DNA of 64,000 bases from the human T2T-CHM13v2.0 reference genome, Homo sapiens, in NCBI RefSeq assembly GCF_009914755.1, contig NC_060929.1; one strand, 5' to 3'. How positions within the stretch are numbered: the stretch's first letter is position 1; each line of letters opens with the position of its first letter. The notes under the pieces are model-generated. The model searched no databases, had not been told where the DNA came from, and worked only from the letters and a program-made list of their open reading frames with translations. The translations under genes were made by a program, and so were the position numbers. Of the stretch, positions 1 to 14,410 are shown in pieces.

Positions 1-330
1 GGGGACTGTAATTTCATAAGGTGGTCAAGGAAGGCCTCACTGATAAGGTGACATTTGAGTAAAGATTTGAAAGATGTGAGAGGATAAACCACGAGAAATG
101 TTCTGGAAGCAGAACATTCCAGGTAAAGAAATCAGCAAGGACAAAGTCCCTGAGAAGAAAGTGAGCTTGGTATCTTCATGAACAAGGAGAGAGTTTTAAT
201 GAAGCACAGTAAGCAAGAGGGAGATTGGAAGAGGAGAGGTGAGAGGGGTGTGGTAGGACAGATGATGTAAAGCCATTGTTAGGATTTTAGCTCTCGTTTT
301 CAGATGGGAAGCTATTTGAGGAATTTGCAT
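1..330 (-). mobile_element. L2 fragment (similar antisense pieces at ~3400-3780 and ~62590-63070)
   Basis: AGGAAGGCCTCACTGA..AGGTGACATTTGAG motif typical of the antisense L2 3' region. Confidence 0.65.
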
Positions 331-2574
331 AGAAAATCAAACCTCAAAATGTTGAGAGAAGGGTTCTAGAAGAATCCTTGATAACTGGAAAGGTGAAGTT
401 TTTACATTAACAGAAGAGGTAAAGAGTAATAATCAAAAATAGGAAGATCTTCAGTCAGTGATGCTAATGTGTCTGAAGAGTCAGGGTCCCCAGTAGGGGA
501 AGGAAGAGGAAGAAAGTGAAAGGAGGCTAAAATTTTCACTGGCATTGTAGGTAGAAAGACTAGGGTTTGAGTGGACATCTGCTATGGAAGTCAGGTGACA
601 GTGGAGGCCAAAGTAACAAAAGCAGGCAGGGAAATTCTCAGCAGCATCAGAGTAATACAATGAAATTCCTCATAGAAATACTATCAAGGAAAGACAGAGA
701 AAGCCATTGGACACCTATGTCAATCAACTAGGGCAGCTTTGCTAACGAACACACTCTTAAATCTGGCAATCGAAAGCTGCCTGTTTAAAAACAAAAAAGT
801 AATGAATAGCAATGAAAAGAAAAAAATTTCAATTTTAGAATAATTATTAGCACAAGGTCACATGGACAGGAACAATTACCCATTGTTTACATAAATTCTC
901 ATGGTAGCAATAATGTAATGCATATGGCTTTGAAGATGGGTAAAATTATTACTTTAATACAGTAAAACAGGTAAATCATGAATGATGTAGACTGCTTGTG
1001 CCAGTATATTTGAAGTAAAGTAAAATTCAGTGTTCAAATGGAGAAACCATTGAAGTGTCCAGTAATGATGCATTTAAATAAGGTGATTTGGCTGCAACTG
1101 CATTCATCTGTAAATAATTTACACACAGATCGAGTTAGGAACTTCCGAAAAAATAGTACTCGTTCTAAAAACATCCAATTGGATAATTTCACTTATAAGG
1201 GTAAAGAGTACTGATTTTAAAAGGTTCTCAGAGTCTGTTTTGTGAAGAGATCCCTTAAAGTATAATGGTGGCGGAGCACAGGGAAGAGCTCACATGCAGC
1301 CGCAGGAGAGCTAGGGAAAAAGGGTGACAGCTCTGCTAAGCCGCCACTTAGAAAAGAGTTGGATAAGAGCAGTCTCTTCAGAGTCTGACACCTTTCATTT
1401 TACGGAAAACCTTCACCTAGTCTGTCTATCTCTTACCAGTGAACTTCTTCAAATGTAAAGGTGTTTGTAAAAGGACATAAAAATCAATCATTTGTATAAT
1501 ATAATTTCAGATCTGTGCCTTTCATATATATACTTTTACCACTTATTTTTTCCATCTGTGAAATGTGCTGACACCTACTTTAACAAACTGATACAATTGA
1601 GAAGAGAGAGTGTGGGCTGCTAATAAGAAGCTCTCAGTCAAAACATAGTCAAAAACAGAGAACAGATTGATAATGAATACTTAATTCTTTTTAGGAGTGT
1701 TTTTGGTCCTACAGGATTCAGAATTATAAAAGCTGTAATTCCCTTTGGCTGCAAATTGTAGGAATGTTGCTTGCTTGTTACATTTCGAGTTCCAAGTTGA
1801 ATCAGTTGCTTTCTTGAACAGTTGAAAAGCTGTCATTTAAGCATTTCAGGTATTTCATTTTCCTGTTACAATCCTGGGTTAGATTTCCTGTTACTTAGCT
1901 CTCACCTCTTCATCTATTACAGTTTTCTCCCTCATTTAATTGGAGTATATCCTCAAAGATCTTCCACAGAAAAGGCATACTGGAGATACAATTTCAGAGT
2001 TCTTGAAGGTCTGAATTATCTGTTTGCTTTCATATTTAATAGATAGTTTGGGTATATAGAATTCTGTTTTCAAAATCATTCTCCTATAGAACCTTGAAGA
2101 CATTTCCTCCATTGTGTCCTGGAATTTAGGGTTGCTGATGAGAAATAGAATTCCAATTTGATTCACATTCTTGTGTTGGTAACATCTTTTTCCCTCCTTG
2201 GAATCTCTTAAGGGTTTTCTTCTTTATCTTCGATGGATAAAACTTCAAGAGAATATATTTGGATTCAAGTATTTTATTCATTCAGTTCGCTTGATACTTG
2301 CTCAGCCCTTCCATCTTAAAATCAATAGTTTTCTTCAAGTCTGGTGGTTTTTAAAAATTACTTGTCTGATTTTCTTTCTATAGCATACATACATTATTTG
2401 TGCCCACCTGTTATCTTTGGTTATCTTTGAACACTCTTCTATATGTTTTATTTGCGGCATTATGTTACTTAGAAATAAGAACATCATATAGTTTGTTAGA
2501 AAAGGATACATGTTATTGTAACAGAAGAAGTAGAGCAGAGGAGGAAATGTAGATAACCTTGGGTATGGAAGCAT

Positions 2575-3400
2575 CCAAGATGTCTTCCAGAGGATAAGTA
2601 AACTTGGTACAACCAGACAATGGAATATTATTCAGTGCTAAAAAGAAATGATTCGGCTGGACCCAGTGGCTCACACCTGTAATCCCAGCACTTTGGGAAG
2701 CTGAGGTGGGTGGATCACCTGAGCACAGGAGTTCAAGACCAACCTGGCCAACATGGTGAAACTCTGTCTCTACTAAAAGTACAAAAATTAGCTGGTCATG
2801 GTGGCAGGCACCTGTAATCCCAGCTACTAGGGAGACTGAGGCACTAGAATAGCTTGATCCCAGGAGGCGGAGGTTGCGGTGTGCCGAGATCACACTACTG
2901 CACTCTAGCCTGGGTGACAAGAGCAAGACTCCGTCTCAAAAAAAAAAAAAAAAAAAAGAAGTGATCCGTTGGGCCGTGAAAGGACATGGAGACCCCTTAA
3001 ATACACATTACTAACTCAAGCCAATGTGAAAAGACTCTATACTGCATGATTCCAACTATATGACATTCTAGAAGAGACAAAACTGTGAAGAGAGTAAAAA
3101 AGATCAGGGGTTGGGGGTGGGAGATGAGTAGATGGAACACAGATGATTTTTAGGGCTCCAGTAAATACCATGTATGATACTATAATTTATTCAAACTCAC
3201 AGAATTTACAACACCAAGAGTGAACCCTAATGTAAACTATGGACGTTGGTTGATTATGATCTGTCAGTATAGGTTCATTGACTGTAACAAATGTACTACT
3301 CTGGTGGGGGATACTGATAATAGTAGGGGTTATATGGGAAATTTTTATATCTTCCTCTCAATTTTGCTGCGAAACTAAAGCCGATCTAAAATAGATTTTT
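2575..3400 (+). mobile_element. Old L1MC-like 3' end (split by the Alu)
   Basis: CAATGGAATATTATTCAG, TGATTCCAACTATATGACATTCT, GTGAACCCTAATGTAAACTATGGAC motifs. Confidence 0.7.
2655..2957 (+). mobile_element. AluS inserted in an old L1MC-like 3' end
   Basis: Full dimer with A tail; degenerate TSD AAAAGAAATGATTC / AAAAGAAGTGATCC. Confidence 0.93.
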
Positions 3401-3960
3401 TTAAAAAGTAGAGCAGAGTAAAGGGGTTAATGTATTGGGGTGGGGGTATGCAAATTGCAATTATTGAATAGAATGATCAAGGTAGGCCTCATTGAGAAGC
3501 TGACCTGAGCACTGAGCAAAGACTGTGGCTATCTGAATGAAGAATGTTACGGGCAGAGGATATAACTAGTACAAGGATCCTAAAGCAGAATGTCTCTGAT
3601 ATGTTTGATGAACAGCAAGCAGGTTAATGTGGCTCAAGTGAATTGAGTGAGGGAGAGAGAATGGTGGGAAATAAGATCAGAGAGGTAAATTGAAATGGGC
3701 TGCGTCACTAGTCTAGACTTTGTAGGCTAGTGTAAAGATTTCTTAGTGTGACAGAGATGGGAAGTGTTTACAGAGTAGAATAGTAATGGTTATATTTGAG
3801 TATTTTTCTCTTTGGTAGTTTTATTAAAACAGATGTAACATTGCAGTTTTACAAATCACATGATTTTCAATTTAGTTCTATCATAAGTTCATAAACTTGA
3901 AAAAAAATACTACATCAAGCTTTTATTTTAAAATGTAGATAAACGTTACAGAAAAAAAAT

Positions 3961-4088
3961 TGCCAAGCGCAATGGCACATGCTATATAGTCCAGCTACTT
4001 GGGAGGCTGAGGTGGGAGGATCACTGGAGCGCAAAAGTTTGAGGCTAGCCTGGGCAACGTATTGAGACCCTGCTTCTAGAAAAAAAAG
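3961..4088 (+). mobile_element. Free Alu monomer (FLAM-like)
   Basis: Single ~130-bp arm with CAGCTACTTGGGAGGCTGAGG and an A tail. Confidence 0.8.
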
Positions 4089-6559
4089 AGGCAAGATTTT
4101 TAAGCTGAAGTACTCTTAGGAAATATTTCACATGAGCAGGTATTATCTTTAATCTGCTTTTTATTATCATGGTTAAATTATGAGCAAAGCTCATAAAATG
4201 CAATAAATGCATTTTGTATTTCTTGCAAGTTAGCAGTGGTGTTAAATCTTAAATCTCTGATCTGTACTAATATCATCAGCTCCTACTGAGAATTAGAATA
4301 ACAGTAGAAACTTTGGGAAAGATTTTAAATGACAACAAAGCTAAAGGGTCAGAATGTCGTCGTTGCAAAGCAATTTTCTTAGTTGTAATAAAGGTAAATT
4401 TAATAAAAGTAAAAGCAATCTGCTCCCAGAATGTTACAGTATTTTGTTTTGAATAAATTTATATTATCTGGAAATCAATATGGCTCATGTTGCACAAAAA
4501 ACAAGGTCTGAAAATAGTAATGCCCTAGAGTTCCAGTAGGAGGCCATCGCCTTGAACTGTTTAGACCAATATGAAAGGCTACTTCCTGGAAGAAACAATG
4601 CTTCTCAGCAAGATATTTCTTAAAATACCATTTTCAGAATTATTTGTAGCCACTATAATAAAACTATCAGTAAATTGTCAGATTGTTCTTGGCATTGGTG
4701 ACAGAAAAACTGCACATATTTACTGGACTGCATGACAATTAAGAACAGAGTTTTTCATGATTAATGGGTTAAAAGGCAAGAGTTTTGAATGAACTTAAAT
4801 TGGGCAATTCTCAAATCTTTGATGATTTTATTATATGTCATCCTGACCACTTTTAGCTGGTTTAATGTAATTTTGAAATGTTTCCCTAAATGTTACATCT
4901 GTTAATAGTTAGAAACCAGCTTAAATTCCCATTAAGTTTTATTCAACAAACCTAAAGCTTCTGTTCTGAGAACCTCATAAGTAAGTACCCTCTGTGCCAT
5001 AGAAGGACTAACAGTATACTTCAACATTTTACAATTGGTTTTGAAAATTAAAAAATATGTAGGCTCCCCAGGAGTTCATATTCAATTTAACAACACCAAT
5101 TCTACTTAAGACATAAAAATCTATTTCTACTGGCAACAAGATGAAAATCTCCAGCTCATACTCCTTATATGGGGTAAACACCCAGGGAATGATTCCAGCA
5201 AAGCACAGAACCAGGTTTGTGAAGGAGAGACTGGGCTTTGACATAGTACCACTGGATAATACATACATCAGTAATTGTTTCTGTCACTTACAAATATGTA
5301 TCTGTTTAATGTCTTCAGTTGTTTAGACGAACGATTTGGATGATCCTAAATTTCTTTGAAACTTTTACATTTAGAGTTCCAAAAATTTGTTTTTCTCCAA
5401 GATTAAAGCAATTCTAGCATAGTAGCAGCATGCTGCATCAACAAGTTGATTTTTTTTTAAAGTGTATGTCTTCTATTGAAGAGCTCGATGAAGTTCTTAA
5501 CTGTTGTCTCTTTAATTAAACAGAGAACAGCAAAGCTTGTTTTTTTGCCAATCGCAAATTTATACTCAATTTAAACCATGGCTTTTAACAAAATTCCTAT
5601 ACTAAAATAACTCTTCACACAAGAATCTTAGTGGATTTTTTATAGGTTCTTGGTTAACCAGCAAAACTCAACAAAATTTGTTGGCATTAGTAACAAATAC
5701 TTTTTAAATATGCTTCTATTTCTCCCATCAGAACTTTGATTTCTCTTCAAAGAAGCCTCATCATAGACTTACTCACACATTTGTGAGAGTTATTAGAATT
5801 GCCATAATCAATGGATACTGAAGAAAAGGGAAGATTTGAGGGTTGGTTTTTGTTTTTAATTTTTAAAAAACTCGTATCATGATTCTGGAGCTAAAAGCAG
5901 CTCACATGGGCCTTATATGAGCTTTGCCTCTCTTTGAGCAGTACATTTTAAAAGTCAGGAAGAAAATAAAATCTGACTCTTGTAGCATTTAGCTTTGTAT
6001 TGGAGTGGCCTTTGCAGGTAATGCCAACTTCCACGACATTTAGAAGATTCATAAAGTGCTGGTCAAAATAATGGAAAAAATAGCAGCTGTCATTTGATCA
6101 GAATCTGTGTGCAAACCAATTAAAAGCCCTGTCATAACTATTTAAGCATGTAAGGTGATTTATGATTACCTTTCATAAATTAATGAATTCTACCAATAAG
6201 AGCAGGGTGCTACATTGGGTGCTCCTGTTCTCGCAGAGTTTACAGCTACACATTACATGAGGACTGCTCCAGGTTTGCTGTGTTTAAATGATTGACAAGG
6301 CAGAAACTTTGTCTTTTCTTCAACTGATTGGCACTATCTACTTATAACTTATAACTTAGCTTATTTTTCACTCCCCCCCAAGGAGAGTAGAGTCCAGAAT
6401 GGCCGGTGGTAGTCTCAGAGTAGAAGAGTTGAGGTGTCATAAGATAACGACACCCTTGAATTTATTTCTCCTATACTTTGCTTCATAAAAGTGAGCACAA
6501 GGACAGACAGGCAGAAAATAGTAGATCACTATGTGAGGCTAGAGAGAGTCCTCTTTCAG

Positions 6560-6785
6560 GTTCAACAAAGGAAAGACAGAAGAAAAGTGAATAAGGTACA
6601 TAAATATAAGAACATAAGTGTAGACAGGTAGATGATGAAAAATGGGAGAAATGGAAGACGTAACAAAAAAGAAAAAAGATGAAGAAAAATATGGGAAGAG
6701 AAAGGTAAGGTGAGATGAGGAGGGCAAAAGAAACAGAATGGAGAAGAGAGAAAAGAATGGAAGCAAAGGAAAGAAGGGAGAATAC
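6560..6785. repeat. GA-rich low-complexity tract
   Basis: Strong purine bias on +; explains the F/L/S-rich minus-strand ORFs. Confidence 0.7.
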
Positions 6786-7956
6786 AGCAATCTCCTCCTG
6801 AAATCTGCCTGTCCCAAGCATAAAGATTAATTGTAATATTTTAATTACAAATTAGCTTTTCCTGAGAAAACTTCATAAGCACATAATTCTTATAAAATTG
6901 TGTTACCTCAAATATTTAAAATGCTTTCTAGTCAAATATTTAGGGGGTCATCATTCTCCAAAACTAGCTAGCCTTATGCAGCTGGTAGGAGTTCTTCACA
7001 GCTGTTCTTTAAGCCATGTTGCATGAGAACTTCATAGAGAACCTGAGAAGTTCCATTTTAAGAGTTTCTCCTGCTTCGGTATCCTAGGCAAGAAATCAGG
7101 AGAAAGGAATGAGAAGGAAGAATCACTAGTGTCAAGTGACACATGAAACTCCAGTAAATCTGGGTATTACTTAGGTCAACTAGAGTAATTCAACATAAAG
7201 GTAGAATAGTTGTTAAGATTTTAAAAGCCAAGTGGTGATTTCGAACTTGTAGCTATTGTTCTAATATGATGGGTAATCACTTCCTGCAATGGTGAACTAT
7301 TTATAAACTGCTGGCTCCTCAAAATGTAAATAAAGAAAAATTATTCCAGGCTACAAGATTAATTTTCCTCTATGTCTTTAATCTGAGGTAGATCCATTTT
7401 TTGTTAAAACACACTTGTTTTATTTATTTAGTCAAATTCTTCACATTAAGAAGGAGGAATCTGAGACCCAGTAAGATTAAGTGACTAGTTTATGGTCCTT
7501 GGGTAGAACAGGAATGAAGCAGAGGTTTCCATTCCTAGGTCACTTCAGAACTACTAATTGAGGTTCATCAGAAAAAAGACATAAGCCAAAGAAATTAGAA
7601 CATGAAGTTGAGTATCATCTTTAGTAAAAAGGATCTAGTCATTGCTTCCTTATAATATTGAAAATTAGTTTAACCGTAGGTGGACATTTCTTTGAAATGG
7701 TTTCTACCACTAAAAATAAAACTGAAGGTAGAGGATTAGGTTAGACCCTGGAGCAAAATCAAAACAGCTTATTTCAGCCTAAGAACTTTTTTAAAGTAAA
7801 TGGCAAGCCACAAATACCTACATATCTGTAATTTTCTGAGCCACCATAAAATCTGCATACTCTGTACCAAAGTAAAAAACTTCACTTACTGACACAACCT
7901 TTACTAAAAAGTGCCACAGACTGTACGTAAGAATACTTTTATTTAGAGAAGAATAA

Positions 7957-8353
<397 letters not shown>

Positions 8354-11114
8354 AATTTGTCTTTTAGTTAGCCTGAATAAATTTAACCTCTCAGAGGATC
8401 CCTCAACTCATGTGAAAAAATCCTTAATAGTTTCTGTCTTACATTAAACAAAAAGGCAGACCTATGTCACCTGGAGTCATAGGACCCTGAGTTATCTCCT
8501 AAGGTAACTCTAATGTACATTCCTTAACTCTGAAGCTAACAGCTATGAAGGTGAATGCCGATAGCTGCTGTAGGTTTCACAGAGAGACTCAATGATTATG
8601 AAGATTCTGACCATATCTAATAACAGACAACAGATAATTGTACAGTAAGATTTAGGAAAAAAAAGTCATTTCAGTTTTGAAAGTTTTGTTAAGGTATATA
8701 AATGCATATCTGTTGCCTATTAGTATGATGATATGGTAGACAAATTGCCTTTGTCAGGTTTTAGTTTTGGCTCTGCCATTAATTAGCTATGTGGTTTTTG
8801 AGAATTTCAGTCACTTTAACACATGTTTATAGATGGTTACATACCAGGCACCGTGCAAGTCATTTTAACAGTTATCTTAGGAAATCCTCTCAGCAACCCT
8901 GAGGGTTTGACATTATTATTATCATCATCTTACAGGAAAGAGAACTGGGGTTTAGATTGAGTTTTTTCTCAAGGTTCAGTAGCTAGTGGCCTGCTTCCAA
9001 AGCTTGTATTATTTTGAAAAGCAGCCAGTTTCTGGAACTATGTCCTTAACAAGTACTTTTGACCCAGTGGGAATGAAAGGGGAGTGCAGAAAGAGGTATA
9101 TAGGATTCCAGCCCTCCTACTTCTGCTTCAGCCAGAGCAATTGCCTGTTCATTGTTTTAATATATTGAGCTTTTCAGGTAAGATTTTAGAGGGGAGAGGG
9201 TTCTGTAGCATTAAATGCCTGATCTCACAGTATTATGCTTCACTAGAATGAAGGGGTAAAAGTGGTATTAAGCTAATATAAGAAAAGTAAATAATAATCG
9301 TTGGATAGGCTTCAAAAAAGAAATGCATTTGAGATGGACCTTGACAAGCAGATAAAATCTTGATTTAGTTGAAGGACTCCATCTGGGGAAACATTAATGA
9401 AAGTGCTTAAATTTTCAATGCTAATTAAAATGTTTATTTTTAAAATGTTTCCTTTGATCCTGTTTTTCTTTATTAAATAATACCCTGGACAGGAATTAAG
9501 AGCACAGCCTGAAGTGATTGTGATGTCCAAGAAGTACTACTCATGGAACAAATAGACAACTTGTCATATTTCAAAATTAAATGCTGACTGCACTATGAAT
9601 ATAGAAAAGTACAGTTGTAAACACTATATTCTGTACCATGTAACATCTTATGTATGATTTCAGTTCTTTTTAAGACCACCAGACTACAGTTACAAGAAAG
9701 CCAAGATCAGACTGACTCAATTTGCATTACATACATGTTCAGGGAAAGCCTAATTAGGGAAAACAGAAACTTCAAATTTCACTCTTTTAAACTGAATAGG
9801 AGAGTATCTTACATCCACTGCCAGAAAATATCACCCCAGAAGTGAAAATTTACATGTTTTAATTTCTGAAATAATGACTTTGAGGAAAACAGTTAGAAAT
9901 TATAAAACATACAAATTCCTATTTGTCACACTATGGAGACTTTGGAGAATATGATTCTCCAAGTATCTTGGTGTTTAAACAAATAAAAATATAGTTCAGC
10001 CAAAAATAAACTAGCTCACATGAAAAAGCTGTAGTATTAAAAACTGCTACATCAGAAAGTCGAAGTGAGTATTCAGTAAATTTATTAACAAGATATCACT
10101 GGATTAATGATTCTATCTCAAGTCAAAAACATTTTGCCAAAGTGACAGCACTAACACCTACCACCAGTAGTATGTAGAATCAGCTTGACCTTATTTCAGA
10201 ACATCTGAGAGGCACTAAAAGCTGGCAAAACCATCTTAAGAGTATGGAGTGATAGGCAGTAAACTGCATTTATTCTGGGCTTGAACCACATCAAGGCAGT
10301 TTCAGAAATAACCTTAAAAAAGAGGAGCCAGAGATTAAATACTATCCCCACTCCCCATAATTAAGATGCAATTTGAAACTTTATCTGAAATCATTGAGTC
10401 AATGGAAAGCCGGGAGGAAAACAATGTTAAATCAATATCTGAAAAGCTGTTTCTACTAAAGATGTCTATACACACACACATATTATATATCTATATATCA
10501 TGTATTTGGACTGATTCAAGGAATCTGTGCTTCTCAAGGCAACTTCAAGAACTGTTGATAGTACAGAGAAATGGATATCACAGCTTTTTTCTTAAAGAAA
10601 ATATAGCTTGAGGTAGGGACTGGTAAAAGAAGAGACTGCTTTCTTTCATTTTTTTTCTTTTTTAAAACAACTTGTCTACATCACCAGGTATCAGTAATTG
10701 ATTCCCACTGGACACAACTACAGGATACACTCCATGTTTATTCCTTGTGAGAAATAAACACAGTAACAAATTTTCACTAGCATCATTATGTAGAACATAA
10801 ATTCATGTTTCCTTAATTCAGTAGGTATTTATTAGAAATCTATGAGGTACCAACATCTATGTGAAGTCCTGGTTATAATGCAAAGAAGCCAGTCTAGTGA
10901 ATAGACAAATGAATTTATTAAATTAAAATACAATGATATATGTCATGAGATGTTCAAGAGCTATGGGGGTACAGTAGAGAAATATCTGAGGAGGGGTAAA
11001 GAATAGGAGAAGTTTCCCCGGCTGAATCTTAAAAGTAAGGTATTTTAAGATGCTACTATACCATTACCACTTAACAAGTAAGGAAAAAAAAAATTACAAA
11101 AAAAAAAAAAAAAA

Positions 11115-14100
11115 AGAAAACAGCCATATGATTACATGAAAATTGAATACCTTCTCCTGAATGATTTTTAGGTAGACAATGAAATTAAGGCAGAAATCAA
11201 GAAGTTACTTGAAACTACTGAGAACAGAGATACAAAATACCGGAATCTATGGAATCCGACTAAGGCAGTATTAAGAGGGAAATGTATAGCACTGAATGCC
11301 CATATCACAAGTTAGAAAGATCTCAAGTTAACTTACAACTTAACATCACAACTAAAAGAACTAGGAAACCAAGAGCAAACAAATCCCAAAGCTAGCAGTA
11401 GACAAGAAATAACCAAAATCAGAGCTGAATTGAAGGAGATTGAGATAAGAAAAATCATTCAAAACATAAATCCAGGAGCTGGTTTTTTGAAAAAAAAAAA
11501 TTAATAAAATACATAGATCACTAGCTAGACTAATAAAGAAGAAAAGAGAATATTCATATAAACACAAAATATTCAAATAAACACAATCAGAAATGATAAG
11601 GGGCGATTGCAACTGACCCCACAGAAATATAACCATCGGAGGATATTATGAATACTTCCGTGCACATAAACTAGAACATCTAGAAGCAATGGATAAATTC
11701 CTCAACACAGCTACCCTCCCAAGAGTGAACCAGGAAGAAACTGGATCTCTAAACAGACAATATCAAGCTTGGAAATTGAGACAGTAATAAATAGCTTACC
11801 AACCAATAATGTCCAGGACCAGACGGATTCACATCTGAATTCTCCCAGATGTATGAAGAAGAGCTGGTACCATTTCTACTGAAACTATTTCAAAAGTTGA
11901 TGAGCAACTCCTCCCTAACTCATCCTGTGAGGCTAGCATCACCCTGATACCAAAACCTGGCAGAGATAAAACAAAAAAAGAAAACCTCAGGTCACTATGC
12001 TTGGTGGACATTGATACAAAAGTCCTCAACAAAATACTGGCAAAATAAATCCAGCGGCACATCAAAAAGCTTACCCACCCCCATCAAGTAGGCTTTATCC
12101 CTGGGCTGCAAGGTCGGTTCAACATATGCAAATCAATAAATGTCATTCATCACATAAGCAGAGCTAAAGACAAAAACCACATGATTATCTCAATAGATGC
12201 AGAAAAGGCATTTGATAAAATTCATACCTTCGTGTTTAAAACTCATAGCAAACTAGGTATTGAAGGAACATACTTCAAAATGAGAGTCTTCTATGACAAA
12301 CCCACAGCCAACATCATACTGAATGAGCAAAAGCTGGAAGCATTCCCCTTAAAAATTGGCACAAAACAAGGATGCCCTCTCTCACCACTCCTATTCAACA
12401 TAGTATTGGAAGTACTGGCCAGGGCAAATAGGCCAGAGAAAGAAATAAAGGGCATCCAAATAGGAAGAGAGGAAGTCAGACTATCCCTGTTTGCAGATGA
12501 AATGATCCAATTTCTAGAAAACCACATAGTCTCAGCCAAAAGCTTCTTAAGCTGATAAACAACTTCAGCAGAGTCTCAGAATACAACATGAGTGTGCAAA
12601 AATCGCTAGGATTCCTATACATCAACAGCAGTCAATCCAAGAGCCAAATGAGGAACATACTCCCATTCACAATGGCCACAAAAAGAATAAAATACCTAAG
12701 AATACAGCTAACTAGGGAAGCAAAATATCTCTACAAGAAAAACTACAAAACACTGCTTAAAGAAATCAGAAGTGACACAAATGGAAAAACGTTTCATGCT
12801 CATGAACAAGAAGAATCAATGTCATTAAAAATGGCCATACTTCCCAAAGCAATTTATAGATTCAGTGCTATTCCTATTAAACCTCCATTGAGATTCTTTG
12901 TAGAACTAGGAAAAAAAAAAAACTATCTTAAAGTTCATCTGGAACCAAAAAAGAGACTGAATAGCCAAAGCAATTTTAAGCAAAAAGAGCAAAGCTGGAG
13001 GTATCCCATTACTTGACTTCAAACTATATTACAGGGCTACAATAATCAAAACAGCATGGTATTAGTACAAAAAAAGACACATAGCCTAATGGAACAGAAT
13101 AGAGAACCCAGATATAAGGCCATATACCTACAACTATCTGATGTTCAACAAACCTGACAAAAGCAAGCAATGGGGAAAGGATTCCTATTAAATAAATAGT
13201 GTTGGGATAATTGGCTAGCCATATGCAGAAGGTTGAAACTGGACCGTTTCCTTACACCATAAACAAAAATGGATTAAAGACTGTAATGTAAAGCACAAAA
13301 GTATAAAACCCCTGGAAGACAACCTAGGCAATACCATGCAGGACAATGGCACGGGCAAAGATTTCATGATGAAGACACCGAAAGCGATTGCAACAAAAGC
13401 AAAAATTGATAAATGCGATCTGATTAAAGAGCTTCAGTACAGCAAAAGAAGCTATCAACAGAGTAAACAGAGAACCTAAAGAATGGGAGAAAATCTTTGC
13501 AAACTTTGCATCCAACAAAGGTCTAATATCTAGTATCTATACGGAACTTAAATTTCCAAAGAAAAAAACAAAACAACCTCATTAAAAACTGGGCAAAGGA
13601 TATAAACAGATACTTTTCAAAAGAAGATATACATATGGTCAACAGTCATATGAAAAAAAGCTCAACATCACTGATTATTAGAGAAATGCAAATCAGAACC
13701 ACAATGAGATACCCATCTCAGTCAGAAAGGTTATTATTAAAAAGTCAAAAAATAACAGATGTTGGTGAGGTTGTGGAGAAAAGAGAACACTTATACACTG
13801 TTGGTGGCAGTGTAAATTGCTTGAACCATTGTGGAAGACAGCGTGGTGATTCCTTGAAGACCTAACAGCAGAAATACCATTCAAGCCAGCAATCTCATTG
13901 CTGGGTATATACCCAAAGGAATATATTAATAAACCATTTTATTATAAAGACACATACGTATGTTCATTGCAGCACTATTCACAACAGCAAAGACAGGGAA
14001 TCAAGCTAAACGCCTGTCACTGGATAAAGAAAATGTGGTACATACACACCATGGAATACTATGCAGCCATAAAAAAGAACGAGATCATATCCTTTGCAGG

Positions 14101-14410
14101 GACATGGATGGAGCTGGAGGCCATTATCCTTAGCAAATTAATGCAGGAACAGAAAGCAACAACCACATGTTCTCCCTTACAAGTGGGAGCTAAATGATGA
14201 GAACACATGGATACATACAGGGGAACAACACAAACTCTGGGGTCTATTGGAGGGTGAAGGTGGGAGGAAGGAAAGGATCAGGAAAAATAACTAATGGATA
14301 CTAGGCTTAATATCTGGTTGATGAAATAATCTGTACAACAGATCCCCATGACACAAGTTTACCTATGTAGCAAATATGCACATGTACCCCTGAACTTAAA
14401 AGTTAAAAAG
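11115..14410 (+). mobile_element. 5'-truncated, degraded older primate LINE-1 (L1PA11-16 range)
   Basis: Broken ORF2 fragments (12181-12555 with [33 protein letters not shown]; 13898-14197). The 3' end reads GGATCAGGAAAAATAACTAATGG...ATGTACCCCTGAACTTAAAA. Confidence 0.9.

Noticed and set aside
1260-1360. Slightly GC/CpG-richer patch as a promoter or CTCF site
   Set aside because: Too short for a CpG island and only a weak motif resemblance; not supportable from sequence alone.
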